Shown here: piece after piece, positions 1 through 8,285 of the stretch
Position numbering within the stretch: the stretch's first letter is position 1
Layout: every line of letters begins with the position of its first letter
Assembly: GCA_041640655.1 (NCBI GenBank)
Contig: JBEPZV010000067.1
Location: forward strand, 1-11,584
Direction of reading: 5' to 3'
Length of the DNA: 11,584 nucleotides
Origin: a bacterium
Lineage (GTDB): Bacteria > Acidobacteriota > Blastocatellia > HR10
Translations under genes and position numbers: made by a program
The notes under the pieces: model-generated
Seen by the model: only the letters and a program-made list of their open reading frames with translations
Databases searched by the model: none
What the model was told of the DNA's origin: nothing

Positions 1-2
1 TC

Positions 3-317
3 AACGTGGATCCGGCGTTCACCGAGGAGAAGCTCGCCCTGTTGAAGATCGGGATGCGGCTCGGCCACGCGGTGATGGCGCACCTTCGTGAGGCGGGCGT
101 GCGCGGCATCCAGGGTGCGATCGCCGAGGAGGAAGGAGATGAACGGCTGACGCACTTCTATCAGCGGTTCTACGGCGCTCGCATCGCCGCCATCCGGCGC
201 TTCTCCCTGTGGGAACGCATCACGGGCACGCGGTGGTACGCCAAACTGGTAGTGATTGACCTCCAACCGTCGGAGGCCGCCGAGGCGTCATGCGCTATGC
301 GTCGCTCGCCGCTGTAG
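3..317 (+). CDS. GNAT-family N-acyltransferase, C-terminal part (5'-truncated by the window edge)
   Basis: The frame is open from the window start (NVDPAF...). It shows the GNAT C-terminal pattern: beta4 'NVDP', helix 'KIGMRLGHAVMAHLREAGVRGIQ', then 'LTHFYQRFYG' (cf. FYxxxGF). Its stop lies 28 nt inside the next gene. The GTG at 6 is probably not the real start. Confidence 0.6.
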   Translation, partial: NVDPAFTEEKLALLKIGMRLGHAVMAHLREAGVRGIQGAIAEEEGDERLTHFYQRFYGARIAAIRRFSLWERITGTRWYAKLVVIDLQPSEAAEASCAMRRSPL

Positions 318-1378
318 ATCGCCCGTTCGACGACGTCTACATCTCCCCGCATCTTGACGATGTCGCGCTCTCCTGTGGAGGACGAATCCTGCGCGAGCGC
401 GCCTTGGGGCGATCGGTGCTTGTCGTCACGGTCTTCACCGCAGACGCGGGGCCGTGTCGCGAGATCCCTCCTCATGTCCGCGCGCGCGTCGGCGATATGG
501 CCGAGCGCCGTCGCGAGGATGAGCGGGCGATGGCGCGTCTGGGCGCGGACTTCCTCTGGCTCGATCACCCGGAGGCACTCTTCCGCGATCGCGCCTATCA
601 CACGCTCGTGGGCGTGCTCTCGCGCCTGGTGGCTTCGGATCGGGACTGGATCACCCGCCTGGCCTCCGAATTCGAGCGCCTGGTGGAGCGCGCGCGTCCG
701 CGACGCCTCTACTGCCCCTTGGGGGTTGGCCATCATGCCGATCATCGCGTGGTATTCGAAGCCGCTCTACTTCTGGCCGAGCGATGGAGCGGCGGGACGG
801 CGGCCACGGATCGTCCCCCGCATCCGGAAGTCTGCTTCTACGAGGACGCGCCCTATGCCCTGATCCCCTATCTCACCGAACATCGGTTGGACATGGTGCG
901 CGCGCGTTCGACTTGGGAAGAGGCCGCGCCGTCGCATTCGATCTGGGCGCGCGCTCGCGAAGCGTACGCGACGATGATGACGCTCTCGTCCGTTCGGGCA
1001 GAAGTCGGGCACGCGATGTGGCGCGCGGCGACTCGCGGGTTCCTGATCCTTCAATTCGCGCGGGGGAAGTGGGCGAGCCGTCGCGCGCGCCCCCGACTCT
1101 GGCTCGTCCCGGAGCTGTGTGAGATCGGCGACGTCCTCCCGGCCAAGCTCGAGGCCCTCGCCGAATATCGTTCGCAGATCATCCCGGTGCTCGGCGATCT
1201 GCAGAGCTACGTCCGATTGCGCCTCGCGTATTCGCGGCGGCTCGTCAGCCGACCCTCCGCCCGGTCCCAGGAGCCGACCCCATGCGTCCTGGAGCGCGTC
1301 TGGCGGATCGCGCGCATCGAGTCGGAGACTCTCTCGCGTGAACGTCGGACGAACGGCTCTCTCCGGGCTTTCGCCTGA
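290..1378 (+). CDS. PIG-L/LmbE-family metal-dependent N-acetyl-sugar deacetylase
   Basis: Family motifs: ISPHLDDVALSCGG (HxDD, His codon 350-352), RRREDERAM, PLGVGHHADH (HxDH), FYEDAPY and KLEALAEYRSQ. GAGG at 282-285 and GGAGG at 272-276 precede ATG 290. Confidence 0.9.
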   Translation: MRYASLAAVDRPFDDVYISPHLDDVALSCGGRILRERALGRSVLVVTVFTADAGPCREIPPHVRARVGDMAERRREDERAMARLGADFLWLDHPEALFRDRAYHTLVGVLSRLVASDRDWITRLASEFERLVERARPRRLYCPLGVGHHADHRVVFEAALLLAERWSGGTAATDRPPHPEVCFYEDAPYALIPYLTEHRLDMVRARSTWEEAAPSHSIWARAREAYATMMTLSSVRAEVGHAMWRAATRGFLILQFARGKWASRRARPRLWLVPELCEIGDVLPAKLEALAEYRSQIIPVLGDLQSYVRLRLAYSRRLVSRPSARSQEPTPCVLERVWRIARIESETLSRERRTNGSLRAFA

Positions 1379-1395
1379 CTTGACCCCTTCAAGTC
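1377..1395. other. Inverted repeat GACTTGA-CCCCT-TCAAGTC overlapping the deacetylase stop codon (possible terminator-like hairpin or operator)
   Basis: Perfect 7-bp arms (1377-1383, 1389-1395) with a 5-nt spacer. No U-tract; the downstream sequence is pyrimidine-rich. Confidence 0.3.
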
Positions 1396-1517
1396 TCACC
1401 CTTCACAAGATGCGCCCATCGCCCCGTCAGGAACCCAGCTCCTCGCGCATTCGATGAGACGCTCACGTGGCCTCTTCGCTCTCCCCTCTTCGCCCGCAGC
1501 CCGATATTCTCACTGTC

Positions 1518-1547
1518 TTGACCTCGCGATGACGGGTTGTCTACACT
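1518..1547 (+). promoter_or_regulatory. Putative sigma70 promoter for the SH3 lipoprotein gene
   Basis: TTGACC (1518-1523), 18-nt spacer, TACACT (1542-1547), upstream of SD GGAGG (1563-1567) and GTG 1573. Confidence 0.6.
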
Positions 1548-1572
1548 GAAGCTCCTTGCGTCGGAGGAAAAG

Positions 1573-2559
1573 GTGCGCCGCATCAGCGTGATGCTCCTCA
1601 TTCTCCTCTGGGCTTCTTCCGGAGGATGCGAGCGGACGGCACGACGGTCGAAGCTGGAGGATGGCGTCATTCTCTCATCGGGCGTGCCCGTTCGGAACTC
1701 GACGGCCGTCTTGGCCGTCGAACTGACGCAGCTTCAGCAGGCCGAGGAGGTGGAGATTCTCGAGCGAAAAGGGACGGAGTGGGTACGCGTGCGCACGCGC
1801 GCAGGGATCGAGGGATGGGTGGAAGCCCGTCACGTGCTGAGCAAACGCGCGTTCGAGCAGGCGCGCGCCCTGGAGCAGGAGATGGCCTCGATCGAGCGAC
1901 AGGCTCTGGGGCAGTTGATGGGAAGCGCCGCCATTCGGCTGACCCCTGGTCGTGCGTCGGAGGAGAACGTCCTCTTTTACGCGCCCCCGGGGACGCTCGT
2001 AGACATCTTGCGACGCGAGCGCACGCGTCGAATGAGTCAGGAGCTGATCCCCCGTCACTATGAGCCGCGCGCCCGTCGAGGATCGGAGGCAGAGCGGGCC
2101 TCGGACCTCTGGTACTGCGTGCGCTTGCCCGATTCGCTCCTCGTGCGCGTGGGCTGGGTCTATGCGCCACTTGTGGAGCTGAAGGTGCCGGATCGGTTGC
2201 GCCATCTTCAGGGCGAATACGCCTTCGTCGCCTGGTATGAACTGGCGCAGGTCGAAGATCCGGAGATCGGGACATCCGCGCACTACCTGACCTTCGACAC
2301 CCACCGGACGGCCCCCGTCCCGGGCACGGATTTCGAGCGCGTGCGCCTGTGGGTGTGGGACCTCAAGCGGCATCGGTACACGATCGGCCGATGGGAGATC
2401 GCGCATGGCCTCCTGCCCATTGAGCATCGGCGCGAGGCGACGCTCCACCGCTTCCGGGTGCGGCTCTACGAGGCGAAGACAGGCGCACTGACTGAGGTCG
2501 AATATCTCGTGGATGTGCGTGATCCCGAAGCGCCTCGATGGCTTCCTCCTCGACGGTGA
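1573..2559 (+). CDS. SH3b-domain-containing probable lipoprotein (two SH3-like domains plus a beta-rich C-terminal domain), 328 aa
   Basis: Start moved from TTG 1537 to GTG 1573 because GGAGG lies 5 nt upstream and 1537 falls inside the promoter. Signal peptide MRRISVMLLILLWASSGG-C19 is lipobox-like. First SH3b: 'EEVEILERKGTEWVRVRTRAGIEGWV'; second: 'GTLVDILRR...DLWYCVR...RVGWVYAPLV'. Confidence 0.8.
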   Translation: MRRISVMLLILLWASSGGCERTARRSKLEDGVILSSGVPVRNSTAVLAVELTQLQQAEEVEILERKGTEWVRVRTRAGIEGWVEARHVLSKRAFEQARALEQEMASIERQALGQLMGSAAIRLTPGRASEENVLFYAPPGTLVDILRRERTRRMSQELIPRHYEPRARRGSEAERASDLWYCVRLPDSLLVRVGWVYAPLVELKVPDRLRHLQGEYAFVAWYELAQVEDPEIGTSAHYLTFDTHRTAPVPGTDFERVRLWVWDLKRHRYTIGRWEIAHGLLPIEHRREATLHRFRVRLYEAKTGALTEVEYLVDVRDPEAPRWLPPRR

Positions 2560-2560
2560 C

Positions 2561-2590
2561 TTGTCCTGGAGCGAGCATCCGGCCTATGCT
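2561..2590 (+). promoter_or_regulatory. Putative sigma70 promoter for the exported protein gene (short-leader mRNA)
   Basis: TTGTCC (2561-2566), 18-nt spacer, TATGCT (2585-2590). ATG 2601 follows after 10 nt with no SD. Confidence 0.4.
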
Positions 2591-2600
2591 CTTAGACGTC

Positions 2601-3398
2601 ATGAGGTGGGGAGGTCGAGCATCTCGAGACGGATGGATCGTCCTGCTGGTCGCGCTCCTTTTGGCGAGCGCGACCGCCCCCTCAGGCGCTCAGGAGGGGT
2701 CTGACAAGAAAGCCCTGGAGATCGTGCAACGCACGATCGCCGCTTACGGTGGCGAGGCCTCCGTGTATCTGCTCCGTCAGCGGGGACAATTGCGCGGCTT
2801 CGTCAAAGCCTATTTGGAAGACGGGAGCACGCGCGAAGGGGAGATCACGATCCGGTTCCTTCACCGCCTGGAGAAACAGGATGAACTTCGGCAAGTCGAG
2901 CTGCGCTTCCCGAACACCCCGACACTCGTCATCACCTATGATGGCGAGCGCGTGTGGGGGACGGAGAATGGCGCCCCCATCGTCCTGCGCTTGCGCACGG
3001 AGGCGGCCTTTCGCGCCGAGCTGAAGCACAATTATGAGGCGCTTCTGCGGTATCGCGAATACAAAGCCGAAGTGAAATACGTCGGGCGGGAGAAGCGGAG
3101 CGGCATTGATGTGGATGTCCTGGACCTGGTGCGACCCGACGGCTCAACCACGCGCTATTTCATCAGCGCGCGAACGTTTCGCATCCTGCACCTCGAGTAC
3201 GACGTCAGTGTCCCTCTGGTGAATCGGCCGATTCGCTTTCGAGACTCCTTCTACGACTTCCGCGTCGTGCAGACGACGCTCGTGCCGTATCGCCTCGAGC
3301 GATATGAGGACGGACGCTTGGTGCAGGAGATTCGATTCACGGAAGTCGCCTACGGGATGCAGATCGAGGAATCGCAGTTTCGCCCTCCGGGCTCGTGA
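2601..3398 (+). CDS. Exported beta-rich hypothetical protein, possibly LolA-like (outer-membrane lipoprotein-sorting-protein-like) fold, 265 aa
   Basis: Sec signal peptide MRWGGRASRDGWIVLLVALLLASATAPSGA-QE. Recognisable segments 'ALEIVQRTIAAYGG', 'ITYDGERVW', 'TTRYFISARTFRI', 'FYDFRVV..TLVPY' and 'IEESQFRPP'. Start uncertain (2538, 2586 or 2601). Confidence 0.7.
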   Translation: MRWGGRASRDGWIVLLVALLLASATAPSGAQEGSDKKALEIVQRTIAAYGGEASVYLLRQRGQLRGFVKAYLEDGSTREGEITIRFLHRLEKQDELRQVELRFPNTPTLVITYDGERVWGTENGAPIVLRLRTEAAFRAELKHNYEALLRYREYKAEVKYVGREKRSGIDVDVLDLVRPDGSTTRYFISARTFRILHLEYDVSVPLVNRPIRFRDSFYDFRVVQTTLVPYRLERYEDGRLVQEIRFTEVAYGMQIEESQFRPPGS

Positions 3399-3406
3399 GC
3401 GAGCCC
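3389..3406. terminator. GC-rich hairpin at the junction of convergent genes (possible bidirectional terminator or pause site)
   Basis: GGGCTCG-TGAG-CGAGCCC, a 7-bp perfect stem whose loop holds the TGA stop (3396-3398). It is followed only by a weak ATCTT, and the convergent aroF stop lies 23 nt away. Confidence 0.4.
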
Positions 3407-3429
3407 ATCTTCCGCGATGCTGGACCGGC

Positions 3430-4440
3430 TCACATCGTGCGCCCCACGGCAGCCGCGATGTGCCGAAGCTGTTCGACCAGTTCGAAGAGCTGCTCGGGCA
3501 GAAGCGCCTGCGGGCCATCGCACAGGGCCTCTTCGGGCCGATGATGCACCTCGATGAGCAAGCCATCAGCTCCGGCCGCCACGGCCGCGCGCGCCATGGG
3601 GGGGACCTTATCGCGGCGTCCCGTGCCGTGGCTCGGATCGGCGATCACCGGCAGGTACGTGAGCTTCTTGAAGACAGGAATGGCCGAGATATCGAGCGTG
3701 TAGCGGAGCGAGGTCTCGAAGGTGCGAATCCCGCGCTCGCACAGGATGACGTTCGGATTGCCGCCGGAGACGATGTACTCGGCCGCCAAGAGCGTCTCTT
3801 CGATCGTCGCCGCCGGACCGCGCTTGAGGAGGACCGGCTTGGGCTGCCGACCGAGCTCCTTGAGCATATTGAAATGCTGCATGTTGCGCGCGCCGACCTG
3901 CAGGATGTCCACGTATTCGGACATGAGGGGGATGTGCGCGATCTCCATCACCTCCGAGACGACGAGCAGACCGTAGCGATCGGCGGCCTCGCGCAAGTAG
4001 CGCAAGCCCTCCTCGCCGAGTCCCTGGAAGCTGTAGGGCGAGGTGCGCGGTTTGAACGCGCCCCCGCGCAGGATCTTCGCGCCCGCGCGATGGACCGCAT
4101 CGGCGATCTCCAGCACCTGCTCACGGCTCTCGACCGCACACGGCCCCGCCATGAGGACGATCTCGCGCCCCCCGATCACGACATCCCCGAGGCGGATCTC
4201 CAGACCCTCGGGGCGAAAGGATCGGCTCACGAGCTTATAGGGCGTCGTCACGCGGATCACTTCGGCGACTCCCTCCAGCAGCTCCAGTTCGCGCGTGTCC
4301 ACGACCTTGTGCCCGACGGCGCCCAGCACCGTCCGCGTGACGCCCGTCGAACGATGGACGTCGAACCCCAGCTGCACGAGCTTCTCGATGACGCGCGCGA
4401 TCTGTTCCTCGGTGGCGTTCTCTTCCATGACGATGATCAT
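3430..4440 (-). CDS. aroF: 3-deoxy-7-phosphoheptulonate (DAHP) synthase, type I-beta, with N-terminal ACT/ferredoxin-like regulatory domain
   Basis: Motifs [14 protein letters not shown] (regulatory domain), [54 protein letters not shown] and EVH...CDG. SD GGAGG lies 7 nt upstream; ATGA overlap with the chorismate mutase stop. Confidence 0.96.
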   Translation of the reverse strand: MIIVMEENATEEQIARVIEKLVQLGFDVHRSTGVTRTVLGAVGHKVVDTRELELLEGVAEVIRVTTPYKLVSRSFRPEGLEIRLGDVVIGGREIVLMAGPCAVESREQVLEIADAVHRAGAKILRGGAFKPRTSPYSFQGLGEEGLRYLREAADRYGLLVVSEVMEIAHIPLMSEYVDILQVGARNMQHFNMLKELGRQPKPVLLKRGPAATIEETLLAAEYIVSGGNPNVILCERGIRTFETSLRYTLDISAIPVFKKLTYLPVIADPSHGTGRRDKVPPMARAAVAAGADGLLIEVHHRPEEALCDGPQALLPEQLFELVEQLRHIAAAVGRTM

Positions 4441-4745
4441 GGCCGTTCCTCCCTCGTCCTCTCCGAGAAGCCCTCGGCGTGTTCGGCGGCGAGCCGCTCG
4501 AGTCGGCGCGATTCGTCAATGATGCGCTCAAAGAGGCGATGGAGCGCCTCGTCATCGAGCGGGCCGCGATTGAGACGCCGCACGCGTTCGAGCACTTCCC
4601 GCTCCCGCTCGGGGGAATAGACGGGCAGGTTCTGCGCCCGCTTCAACTTCCCGATCTCAATGGCGCAGCGGGAGCGCCGATTCAACAGTTCGACCAATTG
4701 CGCGTCAATCTCGTCAATCATCCGCCGCCAATCCTCGATGTCCAC
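4437..4745 (-). CDS. Monofunctional chorismate mutase, AroQ (type II) class, 102 aa
   Basis: 'DIEDWRRMIDEIDAQLVELLNRR...IGKLK...PVYSPERE...IIDESRRLE' has the conserved Arg, Arg, Lys, Arg-Glu and Ser positions. Start set at GTG 4745, with AAGGAGG 7 nt upstream overlapping the trpA stop. No prephenate dehydratase domain. Confidence 0.92.
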   Translation of the reverse strand: MDIEDWRRMIDEIDAQLVELLNRRSRCAIEIGKLKRAQNLPVYSPEREREVLERVRRLNRGPLDDEALHRLFERIIDESRRLERLAAEHAEGFSERTREERP

Positions 4746-4758
4746 CGTGTTGCCTCCT

Positions 4759-5565
4759 TCAGTCGGCGATGTCACCTTCCCCGCTCTTCAACCAGCGGGC
4801 GAAGCGTCCGATGCGCGCGACCAAGTCCGGCCGTCCGAGATGGCGCTCGATCTCTTGCACCAGCGCGCTGCCCACAACCGCCGCATCCGCATAGCGCCAC
4901 GTCTCGCGGACATGCTCCGGTCGCGAGATGCCGAACCCCACGGCGACGGGCAGGTCCGTGTAGCGACGCACGCGCTCGACCGTCGGTCGCATTGCCGCCG
5001 AGAGCTGCTCGCGCGTCCCCGTCACGCCGGTGCGGGAGACGACGTAGATGAAGCCCGAAGCCGCGCGCACGATCTCGGCGATCCGTCTGTCCGGACTCGT
5101 CGGGGCGACCAGGAAGATGGTCGCAATCCCCCGCGCGCGCATGATGCGGCAGAAGTCCTCCGCTTCCTCCGGAACGAGATCCGTCGCCAGCACCCCATCA
5201 ACGCCCACAGTCGCCATCTCCCTCGCCAAGCGTTCGAGCCCGAATTGTAGCAAGGGGTTGAGGTAGCTGAAAAGCACGATGGGAATGCTCGAGTGCCGAC
5301 GCACCTCCGCGACGATGCTCAAGCAATCGCGCAGCCGCGTGCCACGACGCAACGCGCGCTCGGAAGCGCGCTGGATGATGGGTCCATCGGCGATCGGATC
5401 GGAGAAGGGGACGCCCAGCTCGATCAGATCCGCGCCCGACACTTCCAGTTCGCGAATCAAGCGAACGGTCGTCTCCGGATCCGGATCCCCGGCGGTGAGA
5501 TAGGGGATGAATCCTTTGCGTCCGGCCCGTCGCAGGGCTTCAAATCGCTCACGAATCCGACTCAT
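4759..5565 (-). CDS. trpA: Tryptophan synthase alpha subunit, 268 aa
   Basis: MSRIRERF...[28 protein letters not shown] (catalytic Glu and Asp), [21 protein letters not shown]. True start is ATG 5565, an ATGA overlap with the trpB stop; the ORF-track extension to 5826 lies inside trpB. Confidence 0.97.
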   Translation of the reverse strand: MSRIRERFEALRRAGRKGFIPYLTAGDPDPETTVRLIRELEVSGADLIELGVPFSDPIADGPIIQRASERALRRGTRLRDCLSIVAEVRRHSSIPIVLFSYLNPLLQFGLERLAREMATVGVDGVLATDLVPEEAEDFCRIMRARGIATIFLVAPTSPDRRIAEIVRAASGFIYVVSRTGVTGTREQLSAAMRPTVERVRRYTDLPVAVGFGISRPEHVRETWRYADAAVVGSALVQEIERHLGRPDLVARIGRFARWLKSGEGDIAD

Positions 5566-6788
5566 GGCCGAGCCGCTCCTTTTTCCGCGCGATTTCGGGC
5601 GAGCTGCTCGGCGACCGTCTGCACGTCTTTGTCCCCCCGACCGGAGAGATTGACGATGAGGATCTGATCCGGGCGCATCGCCGGCGCCAGACGACAGACA
5701 TACGCCAAGGCGTGCGCGCTCTCCAGAGCTGGGAGAATGCCCTCCACGCGCGCCAGCAGTTGGAAGGCCTGTAGCGCCTCCTGATCGCTGACCGAGACGT
5801 ACTCGATCCGGCCCTGATCGCGCCAATAGGCGTGCTCCGGGCCAACGGCCGCATAATCCAATCCGGCGGCCACTGAATGCGTCAGGGCGATCTGCCCATC
5901 CTCGTTCTGCAAGACATAGGTGTACGTGCCGTGCAACACGCCGGGCCGACCTCCGGCGAAGCGCGCGGCATGTTGACCGAGCGCGTCGCCGCAGCCGCCG
6001 GCCTCCACGCCGATCAGGCGCACTCCGGGTTCGGCGAGGAAATCGTAGAACAGCCCGATGGCATTACTCCCCCCACCGACGCACGCCACCAGGACGTCGG
6101 GCAATCGCCCCTCGCTTTCGAGAATCTGCTGGCGCGTCTCGCGCCCGATGAGCGATTGGAAATCGCGGACGATCATAGGATAGGGATGCGGGCCGAGCAC
6201 CGAGCCGAGCAGATAGTGCGTCGTCTCCACGTGCGTCACCCAGTCGCGCAAGGCCTCGCTGATGGCATCCTTGAGCGTGCGGCTTCCGGCCTCCACGCCG
6301 CGCACTTCGGCGCCAAGCAGCTCCATGCGGAAGACGTTCAGAGCCTGGCGCCGCATATCCTCCGTCCCCATGTAGATGACGCATTGCAAGCCGAGCAGCG
6401 CGCAGGCCGTCGCCGTCGCCACGCCATGCTGCCCGGCCCCCGTCTCAGCGATCACGCGCGTCTTCCCCATGCGCTTGGCCAGCAGCGCCTGGCCCAGGGC
6501 ATTATTGATCTTGTGCGCTCCCGTGTGGCACAGGTCCTCACGTTTGAGATAGACCCTCGCCCCCCCCAGATGCGCCGTCAGTCGCCGCGCGAAGAAGAGC
6601 GGCGTCGGTCGGCCCACGTAGGTGCGCAACAGCTCGCGCAGCTCGCGCTGGAACTCCGGATCCTCGCGCGCCGCCAGGTAAGCGGCGGTCAACTCCTCCA
6701 GCGGATACATGAGCGTCTCCGGCACGAAACGCCCGCCATAGGGACCGAAATGTCCCCGCGCATCGGGAAGCGACACACTGGTGCTCAC
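5562..6788 (-). CDS. trpB: Tryptophan synthase beta subunit (TrpB1), 408 aa
   Basis: [29 protein letters not shown] (PLP lysine), [30 protein letters not shown]. Start set at GTG 6788, a GTGA overlap with the trpF stop, with SD GGAGGGG upstream. Confidence 0.97.
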   Translation of the reverse strand: MSTSVSLPDARGHFGPYGGRFVPETLMYPLEELTAAYLAAREDPEFQRELRELLRTYVGRPTPLFFARRLTAHLGGARVYLKREDLCHTGAHKINNALGQALLAKRMGKTRVIAETGAGQHGVATATACALLGLQCVIYMGTEDMRRQALNVFRMELLGAEVRGVEAGSRTLKDAISEALRDWVTHVETTHYLLGSVLGPHPYPMIVRDFQSLIGRETRQQILESEGRLPDVLVACVGGGSNAIGLFYDFLAEPGVRLIGVEAGGCGDALGQHAARFAGGRPGVLHGTYTYVLQNEDGQIALTHSVAAGLDYAAVGPEHAYWRDQGRIEYVSVSDQEALQAFQLLARVEGILPALESAHALAYVCRLAPAMRPDQILIVNLSGRGDKDVQTVAEQLARNRAEKGAARP

Positions 6789-7462
6789 GATTCCCCTCCC
6801 CCTTCGCAAAGGGTCGAACCGCTTGGGTGCTCTTCGCGCCCGACCGCTTTCGCCACCGCGATGAATGCGCGCATCCGCTCCGGGTCTTTCTTCCCCGGAC
6901 GCGCTTCAACACCCGTGCAGACATCCACGGCGTAGGGGCGGACGAGGCGAATCGCCTCGGCGACATTCTCCGGGGAGAGGCCACCGGCCAGAATCAGGGT
7001 GGGCACGACACGCGCCACACGTCGGGCCAGCCCCCAATTGAAGCACTCGCCCGTCCCCCCGTACGCGCCCGGACGCGCGGCGTCCAGCAAGAGGGCGTGA
7101 GCGGCATAGTCGGCCAATCCGCGCGGGTCAATCTCAGAGGCGACGCGCACGGCCTTGATGACGCGCCATCGCTCGGCGACCTGTCGGCAGAAGGCCGGTG
7201 GTTCATCCCCGTGGAGCTGAACAACGGCCAGACGCGCGCACGTCACCACGCGCGCTATCGCCTCCAGGTCATATTCGTTCACGAAGACGCCCACGGGCGT
7301 GACAAACGGCGGCAACCGTTCGATGATCGCGCGGGCGCGCTCGGGCTCGATGGAGCGCGGACTCTTCGGGTAAAAGTTGAAGCCGAGCGCATCGGCCCCC
7401 GCCTCGACAGCCGCCAGCGCGTCTTCCAGATTGGTGATCCCGCAGATCTTCACGCGCACCAT
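6785..7462 (-). CDS. trpF: N-(5'-phosphoribosyl)anthranilate isomerase, 225 aa
   Basis: [62 protein letters not shown]. Start ATG 7462. Confidence 0.96.
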   Translation of the reverse strand: MVRVKICGITNLEDALAAVEAGADALGFNFYPKSPRSIEPERARAIIERLPPFVTPVGVFVNEYDLEAIARVVTCARLAVVQLHGDEPPAFCRQVAERWRVIKAVRVASEIDPRGLADYAAHALLLDAARPGAYGGTGECFNWGLARRVARVVPTLILAGGLSPENVAEAIRLVRPYAVDVCTGVEARPGKKDPERMRAFIAVAKAVGREEHPSGSTLCEGGGES

Positions 7463-7490
7463 GGATGAACCTGTTGAGTCCGGCGCGGCC

Positions 7491-8285
7491 TCAAGCGGCC
7501 GACGGCTCAAGGAGCGCCCGAAGCGCTTCACCCGGACGCGCCGCGCGCATCAGATGCTCGCCGATCAGAAAGGCGCGATACCCGACGCGGCGCAGTTCCT
7601 CCAGCTCATGTCGCGCGCTCAAGCCACTCTCGCTGACGAGCACGACGTCCGAGGGCACGCGCGCGGCCAGCTCGAACGAGACGGTACGATCTACAGTGAA
7701 CGTCCGCAGGTCGCGATTGTTCACGCCGATGAGGCGCGCGCCGGCCGCGAGCGCCTTCTCCAGATCGGCCCGATCATGGACTTCGATGAGCGCATCGAGC
7801 GCCAACTCGTCGGCGAGTTGCCGCAGGTCCCGAAGTCGCGCCGTGTCGAGAATGGCAGCGATCAGCAGCACGGCATCGGCTCCGGCTGCCGCCGCCTCGT
7901 AGAGCTGATACGGATCGAAGAGGAAATCCTTGCGTAAGAGCGGCACGCGCACCGCGCGACGGATCGCCGCAAGGTGCGCCAGCGCTCCCTGAAAGTGATC
8001 CTCCTCGGTGAGGACCGAGATCGCCGCCGCGCCGTTCTGCTCGTATTCGCGCGCCAGGGCGACCGGATCGAAATCCTCTCGGATCACCCCTCGCGAGGGA
8101 GAAGCGCGCTTCACCTCCGCGATGACGTTGAGGCGGTCCGTTCGCGCGCAGGCGCGAAGGAACGATGGCCGCCCTTTTGGACGCCCGGCGAGCGCCGCCT
8201 GCAATGCAGCGAGCGGCGTCCGACGTTTCGCCTCAGCGAGGCGTTCGGCCTTCCGCGCCACGATTCGCGTCAGCACATCGCTCAT
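7491..8285 (-). CDS. trpC: Indole-3-glycerol-phosphate synthase, 264 aa
   Basis: VIAEVKRASPSRG, AISVLTE, PLLRKDF, DAVLLI, IEVH, IGVNNRDL, VSESG, FLIGE. Start ATG 8285, an ATGA overlap with the trpD stop, with SD GGAGAGG. Confidence 0.97.
   Translation of the reverse strand: MSDVLTRIVARKAERLAEAKRRTPLAALQAALAGRPKGRPSFLRACARTDRLNVIAEVKRASPSRGVIREDFDPVALAREYEQNGAAAISVLTEEDHFQGALAHLAAIRRAVRVPLLRKDFLFDPYQLYEAAAAGADAVLLIAAILDTARLRDLRQLADELALDALIEVHDRADLEKALAAGARLIGVNNRDLRTFTVDRTVSFELAARVPSDVVLVSESGLSARHELEELRRVGYRAFLIGEHLMRAARPGEALRALLEPSAA

Noticed and set aside
1421..1440. CCCCGTCAGGA resembling the SRP RNA core
   Set aside because: The GGAA tetraloop/AGCAG half and the long enclosing helix are missing.
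3304..4620. 438-aa + strand ORF and other long antisense ORFs (5877-6935, 8165-9058, 9140-10159, 1675-2448, 767-1399, 10935-11444)
   Set aside because: They lie antisense to well-supported genes, show no recognisable motifs, and are expected shadows of GC-rich codon usage.
6560..6567. G8 tract in the trpB coding strand (and G7 at 9083-9089 in trpD) as phase-variation sites
   Set aside because: Short tracts encoding Gly-Gly in intact frames; unremarkable at this GC content.
6800..6813. Small hairpin CCCTT-N4-AAGGG next to the trpB SD
   Set aside because: Only a 5-bp stem that leaves the GGAGG core free; too weak to call regulatory.
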